In this document: in pieces, positions 11,650-23,223 of the stretch | Numbering within the stretch: position 1 is the first letter of the stretch | Layout: each line of letters opens with the position of its first letter | Assembly: GCF_006345805.1 (NCBI RefSeq) | Contig: NC_043007.1 | Coordinates: 20,522,001 to 20,586,000 of the forward strand | Source: Octopus sinensis | Lineage: Eukaryota | Direction of reading: 5' to 3' | Length of the DNA stretch: 64,000 nucleotides | The notes under the pieces: model-generated | Told to the model about the DNA's origin: nothing | Databases searched by the model: none | What the model saw: the letters and a program-made list of their open reading frames with translations, nothing else | Position numbers and translations under genes: made by a program

Positions 11650-12039
11650 TCTATGTATATGAAGCTGAAGTTGTCTGTGTGTAGCAGGTTTGGTAGCCAT
11701 CAACTAACACTATCTCCTCTGAGACACTGCGGCGCAAGTTGACCAAAATTGAGAGTATGATACAAGAAGGCTTGCTCCTGCTTCTTTAGAAGAAAAAATT
11801 CTAATCAGACCATGTTAACACCAAAAATTATTTACATCAAAAAGGTGCTTTTTTTTAATGAAAATCCCTATTTTTTACGATTTTTTGACTGCTGTGTCGC
11901 CATTTTTCTGTGTATTTCAACCAGAAAAATGTTCACTTAAAGAGAATAGCAAGCTACATAATGCAAAATTTTTACTTTTCAAAAATTCCAATTCTAAAGG
12001 GCCGAAACAAACCCAAGCAACGCCGGGGAATACTGCTAG
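11650..12039 (+). mobile_element. Non-autonomous Helitron
   Basis: A|TC at the 5' end, CCCAAGCAACGCCGGG hairpin then CTAG|T at the 3' end, no TSD. Confidence 0.75.
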
Positions 12040-12116
12040 TATTTTAATATTTTCTTTGAAATAAAACTTTTCAAAATATAATTAATCCTTGCTATTGGTT
12101 TTCCTTTGCCTTGTAG

Positions 12117-12182
12117 TTTACGAAGTGGTCAATTACGCAACGTTGAATCTGCAAAAATCTCCCTTGTTGGGCAAGTGAAACG
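12117..12182 (+). CDS. PPME1: PPME1 exon (LRSGQLRNVESAKISLVGQVK)
   Basis: AG/GTAAGC, 66 nt, matches human KSGQIRNLESARVSMVGQVK. Confidence 0.96.
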
Positions 12183-12417
12183 GTAAGCGGTTATTTGTAA
12201 TTGTTTCATTTCCTAATGAGTTTCTGTCTTTACATGAGCCCGTCATCTGACAGCATCACAAGTTTTGCATTGTTGGAGGCACGTGATATCTAGGAAAGTA
12301 CAACAGAGATTGTTAATCCCGATATTGATGTCAGATCGTGATGTGAAGGGGTGCATTTTTTTTTGTTATATTAGCAGCTTTTCTATTTTATCATCATTAA
12401 ACACCTCCAAAGCTGTA

Positions 12418-12476
<59 letters not shown>

Positions 12477-12629
12477 AGAGTTTACAAAAAAACAAAAGAC
12501 GAAGACAGGTGGTGTACAAAACAAACCGATGTATTAGTATAACGCTCAGGAATTGAAAAAGTCTTTTACGTTTCGAGCCTATGCTCTTCTACAGAAAGAT
12601 ACAGAACAAGGAGGGGAAAAAAGGATAGA

Positions 12630-12663
<34 letters not shown>

Positions 12664-13520
12664 TCTCTCTTTATTCTTTTACTTGTTTCAGTTATTTGAC
12701 TGCGGCCATGCTGGAGCACCGCCTTTAGTCAAGCAAATCGACCCCAGGACTTATTCTTTGTAAGCCCAGTACTTATTCTATCGGTCTCTTTTGCTGAACC
12801 GCTAAGTTACGGCAATGTAAATACACTAGCATCGGTTGTCAAGCGATGTTCAGGGGACAAACACAGACACACAAACATATACACGCACACACACATATAT
12901 ATATATATACATATATACGACGGGCTTCTTTCAGTTTCCGTCTACCAAATCCACTCAAGGCTTTGGTTGATCCGAGGCTATAGCAGAAGACACTTGCCCA
13001 AGGTTAGGAAGGGCATCCCTGTTGGGTCAATGCAATGATCACACACTACACATGTTCCTTCCAAGCACTGCTGTTAACAGCAGAAGTGAGGTAGAACGTT
13101 AAAACTTAGCATGCATGCACAGCAGAGTTCAAGGTCAATCTGTGCAAAGTGGCTTCACTCTGATTACTTTAGCCTTGTTACTATGGCAACAGTCCGGATA
13201 CTTATTGATCAAATCATATATATTTTTATTGTATATGTGATGCTGGAGTTTCATAACTGACACCTATGCAGGTGGCACATAGAGAGCACCCACTACACTC
13301 TTGGAGTGGTTGGTGTTAGGAATGGCACCCAGCTGTAGGAAACCTTGCCAAATCAGATTGGAACTTGGCGCAGCTCCCTGGGTTACCAGTTTTCAGTCAA
13401 ACTGTCCAACCCATGCCAGCATGGAAAAGGAATGTTAAATGAGGATGATGATGATGATGATGATTGTTTATATTGAGTAGATTTCCCTCACAAAGACAAT
13501 TAACTGGCTTAAATGGATCG

Positions 13521-13934
13521 TCTCTTTACTCTTTTTACTCTTTTACTTGTTTCAGTCATTTGACTGCGGCCATGCTGGAGCACCGCCTTTAATCGAGCAA
13601 CTCAACCCCGGGACTTATTCTTTGTAAGTCCAGTGCTTATTCTATCGGTCTCTTTTGCCGAGCTGCTAAGTGATGGGGACGTAAACACACCAGCATCGGT
13701 TGTCAAGCAATGCTAGGGGGACAAACACACACACACAAACACACACACATACATATATATACATATACATATATACGACAGGCTTCTTTCAGTTTCCGTC
13801 TACCAAATCCACTCACAAGGCATTGGTCGGCCCGGGGCTATAGCAGAAGACACTTGCCCGAGATGCCACGCAGTGGGACTGAACCCGGAACCATGTGGTT
13901 GGTAAGCAAGCTACTTACCACACAGCCACTCCTG
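13521..13934 (-). mobile_element. SINE family C (tRNA-like head CAGGAGTGGCTGTGTGG, CORE-like GTGGCACCTTGGGCAAGTGTCTT, internal TG/TA microsatellite, (GTAAAAGA)n tail), full-length copy
   Basis: Multiple near-identical copies, e.g. 12670-12990(-), 20280-20670, 34452-34800, 35153-35544(-), 40297-40563(-), 43281-43675, 44129-44508, 57480-57880(-). Confidence 0.85.
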
Positions 13935-14014
13935 TGGGTTTCTTGTTTGTCTTTCTCAATAAATACCTACATTTGCCAACTACATTAAGAACGAGATATT
14001 TCTGTGTTTATTAG

Positions 14015-14258
14015 TGTCGACACGGGTGAAACAGCAACGTTTGAACAAGAACATCCCTCACAGGAAGCCAGGTCCACATCGAAGCGATCAAGTGACACGA
14101 TCGCCGAAGAGGACGAAGAGTCAGGTGACACTAGCCTGGAGGAAGTCAAGAGCGAATCTTCCAGCATGGCATCTGCCACAACGCCGCCTCCTCCTACCCC
14201 ACCACCTCCTAATATGGCACATTCTCTTCCCGAAGTTTCTAGCACGACAAATAAAAAG
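14015..14258 (+). CDS. PPME1: PPME1 exon encoding the acidic/Pro-rich disordered loop (VDTGETATFEQ...EEDEESG...TPPPPTPPPP...NKK)
   Basis: AG/GTAACC, 244 nt open in the phase needed to join flanking exons. The acidic run sits where human PME-1 has its acidic loop. Confidence 0.88.
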
Positions 14259-14411
14259 GTAACCCTTTGAATTTTTGTATCCATCAACAACAATGTTTTT
14301 TCTTAAGTATGTTTGTTTTAATATTTGGGAGATCTTCTGTATATTATGGAAACATGTTCAATGCTGTTTCAATAAATCTTTTTATAGCTGTATTATAATA
14401 GTCTATCAGTG

Positions 14412-14919
14412 TGAGGTATACTAGCCATCTCAATATGGCTAACCACTAAGGGTGGGTGTTACTGTATCTATTTCTCTATTACCCACAAGGGGCTAAACAT
14501 AGAGGGGACAAACAAGGACAGACATAGGTATTAAGTCGATTACATCGACCCCAGTGCGTAACTGGTACTTAATTTATCGACCCCGAAAGGATGAAAGGCA
14601 AAGTCGACCTCGGCGGAATTTGAACTCACAACGTAACGCAGACGAAATACTGCTAAGGATTTCGCCCGGCGTGCTAACGTTTCTGCCAGCTTGCCGCCTT
14701 TTGTGTTACTGTAGCTTGTAGCCCCAGTAGATCATCGTCTCCAGCTGGCTTTAGGCACACTTTCTGTGCCCTTATGGTATTTGCAAAGGGAGGTCAAATA
14801 CCATAAGGGCACAGAAAGTGTGCCTAAAGCCAGCTGGAGACGACGTTCTCCTGGGGCTACAAGCTACAGTAACACCCACCCTTAGTGGTTAGTCATATTG
14901 AGGTGGCTAGTATACCTCA
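14412..14919. repeat. Long inverted repeat (about 126-bp arms, 11-nt loop) with a SINE B inserted in the left arm
   Basis: 14412-14466 plus 14714-14782 is the reverse complement of 14794-14919. SINE TSD GTGTTACTGTA at 14456-14466 and 14703-14713. Confidence 0.9.
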
Positions 14920-15450
14920 AATTGTCATGCAGTTACTGTTTACATCTCGTTCAGAGATTTATTAATACTCTATCAATTTTTTACAAACTTGTAAGTAATT
15001 AAGACTTTTCATAATTCACATGATTTCCGTAGTGAGTTTCTAAGTTGTGGTTAACTGTTTGTGTTTTAAAACATCTTGATATATCTTCTCTTCTATATTT
15101 ATTCTATATATATGCCTGTGTGTGTGTTCGTATATATGTGTGTATATATATTATTTCTTTATTGCCCACAAGGGGCTAAACATAGAGGGGACAAACAAGG
15201 ACAGACAAAAGGATTAAGTCGATTACATCGACCCCAGTGTGTAACTGGTACTTAATTTATTGACCCCGAAAGGATGAAAGGCAAAGTTAACCTCGACGGA
15301 ATTTGAACTCAGAACTTAGCGGCAGACGAAATACCGCTAAGCATTTCGCCTGGCGTGCTAACGGTTCTGCCAGCTCGCCGCCTTAATGTTTGTGTGAGTG
15401 TGTGTTTGTGTGAGTGTGTGTTTGTGTGTGTGTGTATACATGTATAAATG

Positions 15451-15481
<31 letters not shown>

Positions 15482-15947
15482 ATACATGTATACATGTGTG
15501 TGAGTGTGCGTGTATGTATACACACACATATGTATATGTAACTGCACACATGCTATTGGCGATTTCTTTTCCTTCTTTGGACTTTTCCCTTTCTCTTTTC
15601 CGATGAAGAGCTAGGCTCAAAACATCAAACCCTCTCTCTTTTCACCAAGCATCAAGCTAATGCATTTCTTGTGCACGTACTCTTGTTGTCCATTGATTTT
15701 ATTCATTTATTTGAATTGACAATATATATATGGTTCCTGTGGAATAGGAGGAGCCAGGGAGACATGGGATGAAGTGGTGATGAAGGGCATCCAGCTGTAA
15801 AATCCCTGCCAAAACAGACACAGTAGCTTAGGGTAGCTTTTCTACCAGGTTGACTCCTGTCAAATGTCCTACCTATTCATGCTTGGAAGATGGACGTTAA
15901 ACATTGATGATGCTATATATATATATATATTATATATATATATATAT

Positions 15948-15979
<32 letters not shown>

Positions 15980-16013
15980 CATATATATATATACATATAT
16001 AATATATATATAT

Positions 16014-16088
<75 letters not shown>

Positions 16089-16637
16089 CATATATATATA
16101 CATATACATATATACATATACATATATATATATACATATATATATATACATATACATATATATACATATATATCATCATCATCATCATCATTTAACGTCC
16201 GTTCTCCATGCTAGCATGGGTTGGACGGTTCGACCGGGGATCTGGGAAGCCAGAAGGCTGCACCAGGCTCCAGTCTTATCTGGCAATGTTTCTACAGCTG
16301 GATGCCCTTCCTAACGCCAACCACTCCGATATATATATATATATGTATGTAGGTGATTAATGGGAAGACTCATTACTGAGCTGCAAAAAATGCTTAGCAC
16401 CATTTGTTTCAGCCTTATGAAGTGAGTTCAGATGCCACCAAGGTCGACTTTGCCTTTCATCCTTTCAGGGTTGCTAAAATAAGCACCAGTTGAACACTGG
16501 GTCTGATCCACTTAACATACCCTCTCCCCCAATCTTGTTGGTCTTGTGCCAAAATTTTAAAACTAGCATATACATGCATCCATGCATATAACCCTGGGTA
16601 ACTTTAATTGCAAGAATTTTGGTTTTCAATTTAAAGT

Positions 16638-16678
<41 letters not shown>

Positions 16679-16727
16679 TCCATCAATAATTGTTAATTAA
16701 AAAAATTTTTTTTTTGTAAAATTGCAG

Positions 16728-16788
16728 AACATCTCATATCAATATACATGGAGGATTGATTTATCAAAGACAGATAAGTACTGGTCAG
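16728..16788 (+). CDS. PPME1: PPME1 exon (NISYQYTWRIDLSKTDKYWS)
   Basis: AG/GTAGGT, 61 nt, YTWRI.L.KT.KYW motif. Confidence 0.96.
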
Positions 16789-16837
16789 GTAGGTAATACA
16801 GTTGTGTGCTGTCTTTCATTGTATGCCTTTGCATCCT

Positions 16838-17066
16838 TTAACCCTTTAGTGTTTAAACTGGCCTTATCCGGCCCAATATATTCCACATGTTTTATATTCA
16901 AAGTGGCCATATCTAGCCTCTCACACCTAACCTATACAGACATTCTAAAAATAAACAATCACATCATTGAAACCTCAAAGCTATAAGGTAATGCATGATT
17001 AATTCAAAACAATTTAAATAAAAAAGCATTACATTTAACAGAGTAATCTGAACACTAAAGGGTTAA
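16838..17066 (+). mobile_element. TTAA-flanked MITE family 1, second copy
   Basis: TTAA-CCCTTTAG...CTAAAGGG-TTAA, body similar to 1-227. Confidence 0.75.
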
Positions 17067-17987
17067 AGATTCATAAAATTTTTTAGCTTCTATTTCTTCA
17101 GTATTTACTGTTCAGCCATCTGGTGGTTCCTTTTGAGAGGTTAAGCGTCTCATCCTCATCATCATTTAACGTCTGTTTTCCATGTTGGCATGGGTTGGAC
17201 AGTTTGACTGAAACCTCCTTCAGCTGTATGGTGGGTCCTGCTTGCGAAGACCTGCTTGCTAGGCACAGAGGTGGCTGGCTATGTCATAAGAAGTTTGCTT
17301 TAGTCTGACTGTGTGGCACCTTGGGCAAGTGTCTTCTGCTACAGTCCCGGGCTAATTAAAGCCTTACAAGTAGATTTGGTAGACAGAAACTGAAAGAAAC
17401 CTGTTATGTATTTATTGTGTGTGGCCGGTGGCACGTAAAAAGCACCAACCAATCGTAGCCATTGCCAGCCTCGCCTGGCACCTGTGGTGGTGGCATGTAA
17501 AAAGCACCCACTACACTCACGGAGTGGTTGGTGTTAGGAAGGGCATCCAGCTGTAGAAACTCTGCCAGATCAGACTGGAGCCTGGTGCAGCCTCCTGGCT
17601 TCCCAGACCCCAATCGAACCGTCCAACCCATGCTAGCAATGAAAGCGGACGTTAAACGATGATGATGATGCTGATATTTGTGTGTCCTTATCTTGATATC
17701 ATGTGATAGTTGTAAATGAGTGTCACTTTCATACAAGCAGTGTCATTCATTTCTAATATTCTGCAGGATGTCTGGCTATGAGGAAATATTACCTTGCTTG
17801 GAAACAAGTGAGGGTTAGTGACAGTAAGAGCACCTGGCTATAGAAAATCTGCCTTGATAATTTCCACTTGATGAATATAAGCAAGGAAAAGTGAACATTA
17901 AAATGTTGATGATGATGCTAATGATACATGTTTTGCATGTTTATTGGCATAGCTAATTACCAATTTATTGATAATCAATTAATGATT

Positions 17988-18423
17988 TTGTTGTATTTCG
18001 GAATGGTCATTTTGCCAGTTTAGCCAATAAAAACACACGCACTATATATTTGGTGTTACTTTGCTTCAGTGTTATTTATTTTTGACATTAATCTTAATCT
18101 TATTTCGGCCAGAGTTCTTTCGTCACACTCCTGTGACCGCATCAGTGGTCCTTTGCTTTCTTCTTTCTTATTTGTGTGTCTCTCCTTACTAACCGTCAGG
18201 AAATACAAAATGGCTGACGGTTAGTAAGGAGAGACACAAATAAGAAAGAAGAAAGCAAAGGACCACTGATGCGGTCACAGGAGTGTGACGAAAGAACTCT
18301 GGCCAAAATAAGATTAAGATTAATGTCAAAAATAAATAACACTGAAGCAAAGTAACACCAAATATATAGTGCGTGTGTTTTTGTTGGCTAAACTGGCAAA
18401 ATAACCATTCCAAAATACAACAA
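17988..18423. repeat. Near-perfect inverted repeat (212/210-bp arms, 14-nt spacer) containing a hammerhead-like motif in each arm
   Basis: The arms differ by 4 transitions and one TG indel. Motif at 18260-18304(+) and 18107-18151(-). Confidence 0.93.
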
Positions 18424-18510
18424 TATCTGTTTCAACACATGACTTCACATAAAAAATCTTGCACAGCAAATATATAAACGTAACAATAATTGATTTTTAT
18501 ATCTTTACAG

Positions 18511-18576
18511 GCTGGTTTAGAGGACTTTCTGAAAAATTCTTATCATGTAATGTTCCAAAGTTATTATTACTTGCTG
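18511..18576 (+). CDS. PPME1: PPME1 exon (WFRGLSEKFLSCNVPKLLLLA)
   Basis: AG/GTAAGT, 66 nt. Confidence 0.97.
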
Positions 18577-18750
18577 GTAAGTTTTTACATTTGAAGTCTT
18601 TATTTTTACAACAGCTAAATGTCTTAGAATGTCTGTGTAGAGTGAAGACATTCCGAAATACAACAATATCTGTTTCAATATCAGCAAAACAGACCGATAG
18701 AATAAGTACTAGGCTTACAAAGAATAAGTCCTGGGGTCGATTTGCTCAAC

Positions 18751-18957
18751 TTAACCCTTTCGTTACTGTATTTATTTTGAGATGCTCTGTGTTTCTTTCA
18801 ATTACTTTAAATATAACAAAGAATTTAGTAAAATCAACTTAGTTATCATTCAGCTAGTGTTAGGAACATAAATTGTGACTAAGGTTGGTGGAAGATTTTA
18901 ATTCGAAACTTATGAAAACAAGACATTTGTACTCAGAACCAGTAACGAAAGGGTTAA
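18751..18957. mobile_element. TTAA-flanked MITE family 2 inserted into a SINE C copy
   Basis: 14-bp TIR CCCTTTCGTTACTG/CAGTAACGAAAGGG with TTAA on both sides. The SINE C sequence resumes exactly on either side. Confidence 0.85.
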
Positions 18958-19185
18958 AGGCGGTGCTCCAGCATGGCCACAGTCAAATGACTGAAACAGG
19001 TAAGAGAGTAAAAAGTATTAAAATTAACACATAAAATAACTGCCCTATGGGTGTTTGAGACATAGATAAAAATACTAGAACTGTATGTGGCACTAAAGGT
19101 TTGTTAAGCAAGATCTAACCCAAGCTTATGTGAAAAGGCTAAGATGAATTCAGAGTGTACTCAATGGAAATCAAAAAGGGATACA

Positions 19186-19557
19186 TCTCTATATATATAA
19201 ACGGGAAAATGTCTGTATGTGTGTGTGTGTGTCCTTTATACAAATCCTCGAGTTTTCAGTTAGAGGGCTTGCACTTTCTATGGTCATTCAAAACCATCCA
19301 AGGGTGGTCGTGCACATCTTTACATTTCCCCAGTCACCCCGCAAAGCCATTAAAAAATCAATAGAAGTGACTTTTTTGTGAATTTTCTATCCAAAACCCA
19401 ATCAAAATGCCCGAAACTTGATACGCCAATTGAATGCCAGCTAGCTGTATATGATTGGTCGGAGATTTGGACAGTACTCACGTGTATGTGCGCATGCATG
19501 CAGCTGCATATGCATGCACTAGCACTATGACCCAGCAACGCCGGGTCATAGTGCTAG
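19186..19557 (+). mobile_element. Non-autonomous Helitron
   Basis: A|TC..TATATATATAAA at the 5' end. The 3' end has the long hairpin CTAGCACTATGACCC-AGCAACGCC-GGGTCATAGTGCTAG followed by T. Confidence 0.8.
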
Positions 19558-19671
19558 TGCTATTATAAATGTCTCCCTCTAATTTAATCAACAATTTTCA
19601 CTTTGATTGTGTTATTAAAAGTTTTTTAAATATTTTCTTTTGTCCTTATTGTGTTTATTTTTTAATTACAG

Positions 19672-19716
19672 GTGTTGACCGATTGGATAAAGATTTAACT
19701 ATTGGTCAAATGCAAG
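19672..19716 (+). CDS. PPME1: PPME1 exon (VDRLDKDLTIGQMQ)
   Basis: AG/GTAATA, 45 nt, matches the human peptide as I recall it. Confidence 0.97.
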
Positions 19717-20079
19717 GTAATAGAATTAAACTGAAAATATTACAATCTCTAAATCATTGAACATCTATACTTATGATTATATGATTTGTGTCCACACACA
19801 GATAAATTATTAGATAAAAAATACAAAATGGGACAAGAACGCAAAAACATCGTCCGTTTTTCTCTCCTTGTTTCGTATACATTCGATCCTTTTTCCAAGA
19901 AATCTAATGCTCGTAGCTTAGTTTTTCCTTGGGGCTGGCCAGATTGGAGCAATCTCAAGATTAATCAGCCGAAATTGCGAGGATGATCTGGTTCTTGACT
20001 GAAGATTAGAGGCTTCAAATGACCCATCCGTGTTTTTTGCATTGTCCATTTGTATGTTTTGCGTTCTTGTCCCATTTTG

Positions 20080-20112
<33 letters not shown>

Positions 20113-22260
20113 GCGGTGTACGTACACTTTGTTTTGATAAATTATTAGATATTTTAGGACTGTTTGTTCCGAACAGCTGTCGTTTTCTATATTTTGAACA
20201 AGAGAGATGGATGCATGGCTATGTGGTGAAGAATTTTGCTTCACAACTTTGGGCTGGGCTAGTATCATTTACTATGGGCCAAGGTGTGGCTGTGTGGTAA
20301 GAAGTTTGCTTTCCAACCACATGGTTCCAGGTTCAGTCCCACTGCGTTGCACCTTGGGCAAGTGTCTTCTACTATAGCCACGGGCCGACCAAAGCCTTGT
20401 GAGTGGATTTGGGAGATGGAAACTGAAAGAAGCCTGTTGTGTATGTGTGTGTGTATCTTTGTATTTGTTCCCCCCCACCACTTGACAACTGGTATTGGTG
20501 TGTTTATGTCCTCGTAACTTAGCAGTTCAGCAAAGAGGGACCGAGAGAATATGTACCAGGCTTAAAAAAGAAAATAAATATTAGGATTGATTCATTTGAT
20601 TAGAAATCATTCAAAGCAGTGCCCCAGCATGGCCACAGTCTAATGGCTGAAACAAGTAAAAGATAAAAGATATAACCCCAGACTGAACAACACCTTGGTG
20701 TGTGTGTGTGTTACTGTTTCTGTGTCAACAGCACGCTAGTTATGAGCAAGTGGTGGCCTTCATTTCCAATCTTCTGTAAAAACATGTCAGGCCATGGGAA
20801 AATATTTGGAAACATCAAAATAAATATCAAATGGAAGTTGTAGCTATGATACCTGTGCCACCGGCACGTAAAAAGCACCATCCGAACATGACTGATGCCA
20901 GCGCCACCTTGACTGGCTTCTGTGCCGGTGGCACGTGACCTGCTTTGCTTGAGGAGACCTGAGTCAAGTACATCAACATCAAAATGAATACCAAATGGAA
21001 ATTGTTGTTGTGATACATGTGCCGGTGGCATGTAAAAAGCACCATCCGAACGTGGCCGATGCCAGTGCCGCCTTGACTGGCTTCTGTGCTGGTAGCACGT
21101 AAAAAGCACCCACTACACTCACGGAGTGGTTCGCGTTAGGAAGGGCATCCAGCTGTAGAAACACTGCCAGATCAGACTGGAGCCTGGTGCAGCCCCTGGC
21201 TTCCCAGACCTCAGTTGAACTGTCCAACCCATGCTAGCATGGAAAAACGGAGATTAAATGATGATGATTATGATAATGATGATTCGGGTTGTGACAGGGA
21301 AGACATCCAGCCATAGAAAATCTGCTTCTGCAAATTCTGTTCATCTCATGCAAGCATTGGAAAGTGGATGTTAAAATAGAACACGGGCAGGATGTTGAAT
21401 GCACTTTTGCTGAAAGACAAGAAGCCGAATGGATATAAAACTGAACGGACAAGATGCAGAAAACACGTACAAAAATTAAAATATATGGTAACCATTTTAT
21501 TCCCACAATATCACCATTTGACAGGCTGAATTGGTCATTAAACTATGTAGGTAGGAATGGTCGTTGCCAGTACCACCTGACTGACCCCCGTGCTGTGGCA
21601 CGTAAAATGTACCATTCGAGCGTGATTGTTACTAGCGTCGCCTTACTGGCACCTGTGCTGGTGGCATGTGTAAAAAGATTCGAGCGAGGTCATTGCCAGT
21701 ACCACCTGACTGGCCCCCATGCCGTGGCACGTAAAATGTACCATTCGAGCGTGATTGTTACTAGCGTCGCCTTACTGGCACCTGTGCCGGTGGCATGTGT
21801 AAAAAGATTCGAGCGAGGTCATTGCCAGTTACCGCCTGACTGGCCCCCGTGCCGGTGGCACGTAAAAAGCACCCACTACACTCTCGGAGTGGTTGGCGTT
21901 AGGAAGGGCATCCAGCCGTAGAAACTCTGCCAGATCAAGATTGGAGCCTGGTGCAGCCATCTGGTTCGCCAGCCCTCAGTCATTCGTCCAACCCATGCTA
22001 GCATGGAAAGCGGACGTTAAACGATGATGATGATGATGATGATGTCTCTTCAGCATTGTGTCCATTTGGCTTTTTGGTTTCGGTTTCTTGTCCTTCAGCT
22101 AAAGTGCATTGGACATCCTGTCCATGCACAGTTAAAACTGTTTATGTAATTGTCAAATATGAAGTGTAAATTGAATAAATTTGTAAAGTAAGATTTTTTT
22201 AACATATTTTCCTGTTATGACACTAAAGTTTTTTTTTTTTTTTTTGTAATTTCTCAACAG

Positions 22261-22325
22261 GAAAGTTCCAAATGCAGGTTCTTCCGCAGTGTGGACATGC
22301 TGTTCATGAAGATGTTCCAGACAAA
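22261..22325 (+). CDS. PPME1: PPME1 exon (KFQMQVLPQCGHAVHEDVPDK), contains the catalytic His
   Basis: AG/GTGAGA, 65 nt, CGHAVHED motif. Confidence 0.97.
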
Positions 22326-22611
22326 GTGAGAACATTTTTCTTTGCAATAATTAATAATCTCGAAAAAGCTTATCTAACATAGTAGGAGACAATGAAATCA
22401 GGAGGTGCAATCGACTTAATCCGTTTGTCTGTCCTTGTTTGTCCCCTCTGTGTTCAGCCCCTTGTGGGTAGTAAAGAAATAGATACATTTTAAAAATAAT
22501 CCTGTAGTATTCATTAATTAGTAATAATCTTAATCTTAATGACAGCCTATTTCATTCTGGGTTTGAATTTTGATTTTGAAGTTTAATATTTAATCTGTTT
22601 TTCATCTCTAG

Positions 22612-22679
22612 GTGGCAGATGTTTTAGCGACCTTTCTTGTCCGGCATAAAATGGCAATCCCAATTGGTGATTTTGAAAG
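22612..22679 (+). CDS. PPME1: PPME1 exon (VADVLATFLVRHKMAIPIGDFE)
   Basis: AG/GTAATG, 68 nt, aligns to human VAEAVATFLIRHRFAEPIGGF. Confidence 0.95.
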
Positions 22680-23223
22680 GTAATGTATTGGTTGTCTCTA
22701 ATAGATATTTGGAACAGATTGTTAATATTTCTTTGTTTCATGCATCATCATCATTGTTTAACGTCCGCTTTCCATGCTAGCATGGGTTGGACGATTTTGG
22801 CTGAGGTCTGGCGAACCAGATGGCTGCACCAGGCTCCAGTCTCGAGTTGGCATAGTTTCTACAGCTGGATGCCCTTCTTAACGCCAACCACTCCGAGAGT
22901 GTAGTGGGTGCTTTCTACGTGCCACGGGCATGGGACCAGTCAGGTGGTACTGGCAACGACCTCGCTCGAATCCTTTTACACATGCCACCAGCACAGGTGC
23001 CAGTAAGGCGGCTTTGGTATCTGTATTGATATTCTGTTTCTTTTCAAGTAGAAGAATATGGTTTCTTTAAGCCTTGATGAAGGCAGCTATTTAAGAAAGT
23101 AGATGAAAAAAAAAATATGAAAAAAACTCTAATCAAATTAACTATAAAACGATCTCTAAACCTAATGAATGAAGAATTGCCATCAACAAAACCAGTATGC
23201 ACCATTGTAGAGATGGTTTAAAC

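Noticed and set aside
15864-16214. Tyr/Ile-rich ORFs (also 33239-33718, 38040-38294, 61133-61401)
   Set aside because: Translations of AT/AC microsatellites.
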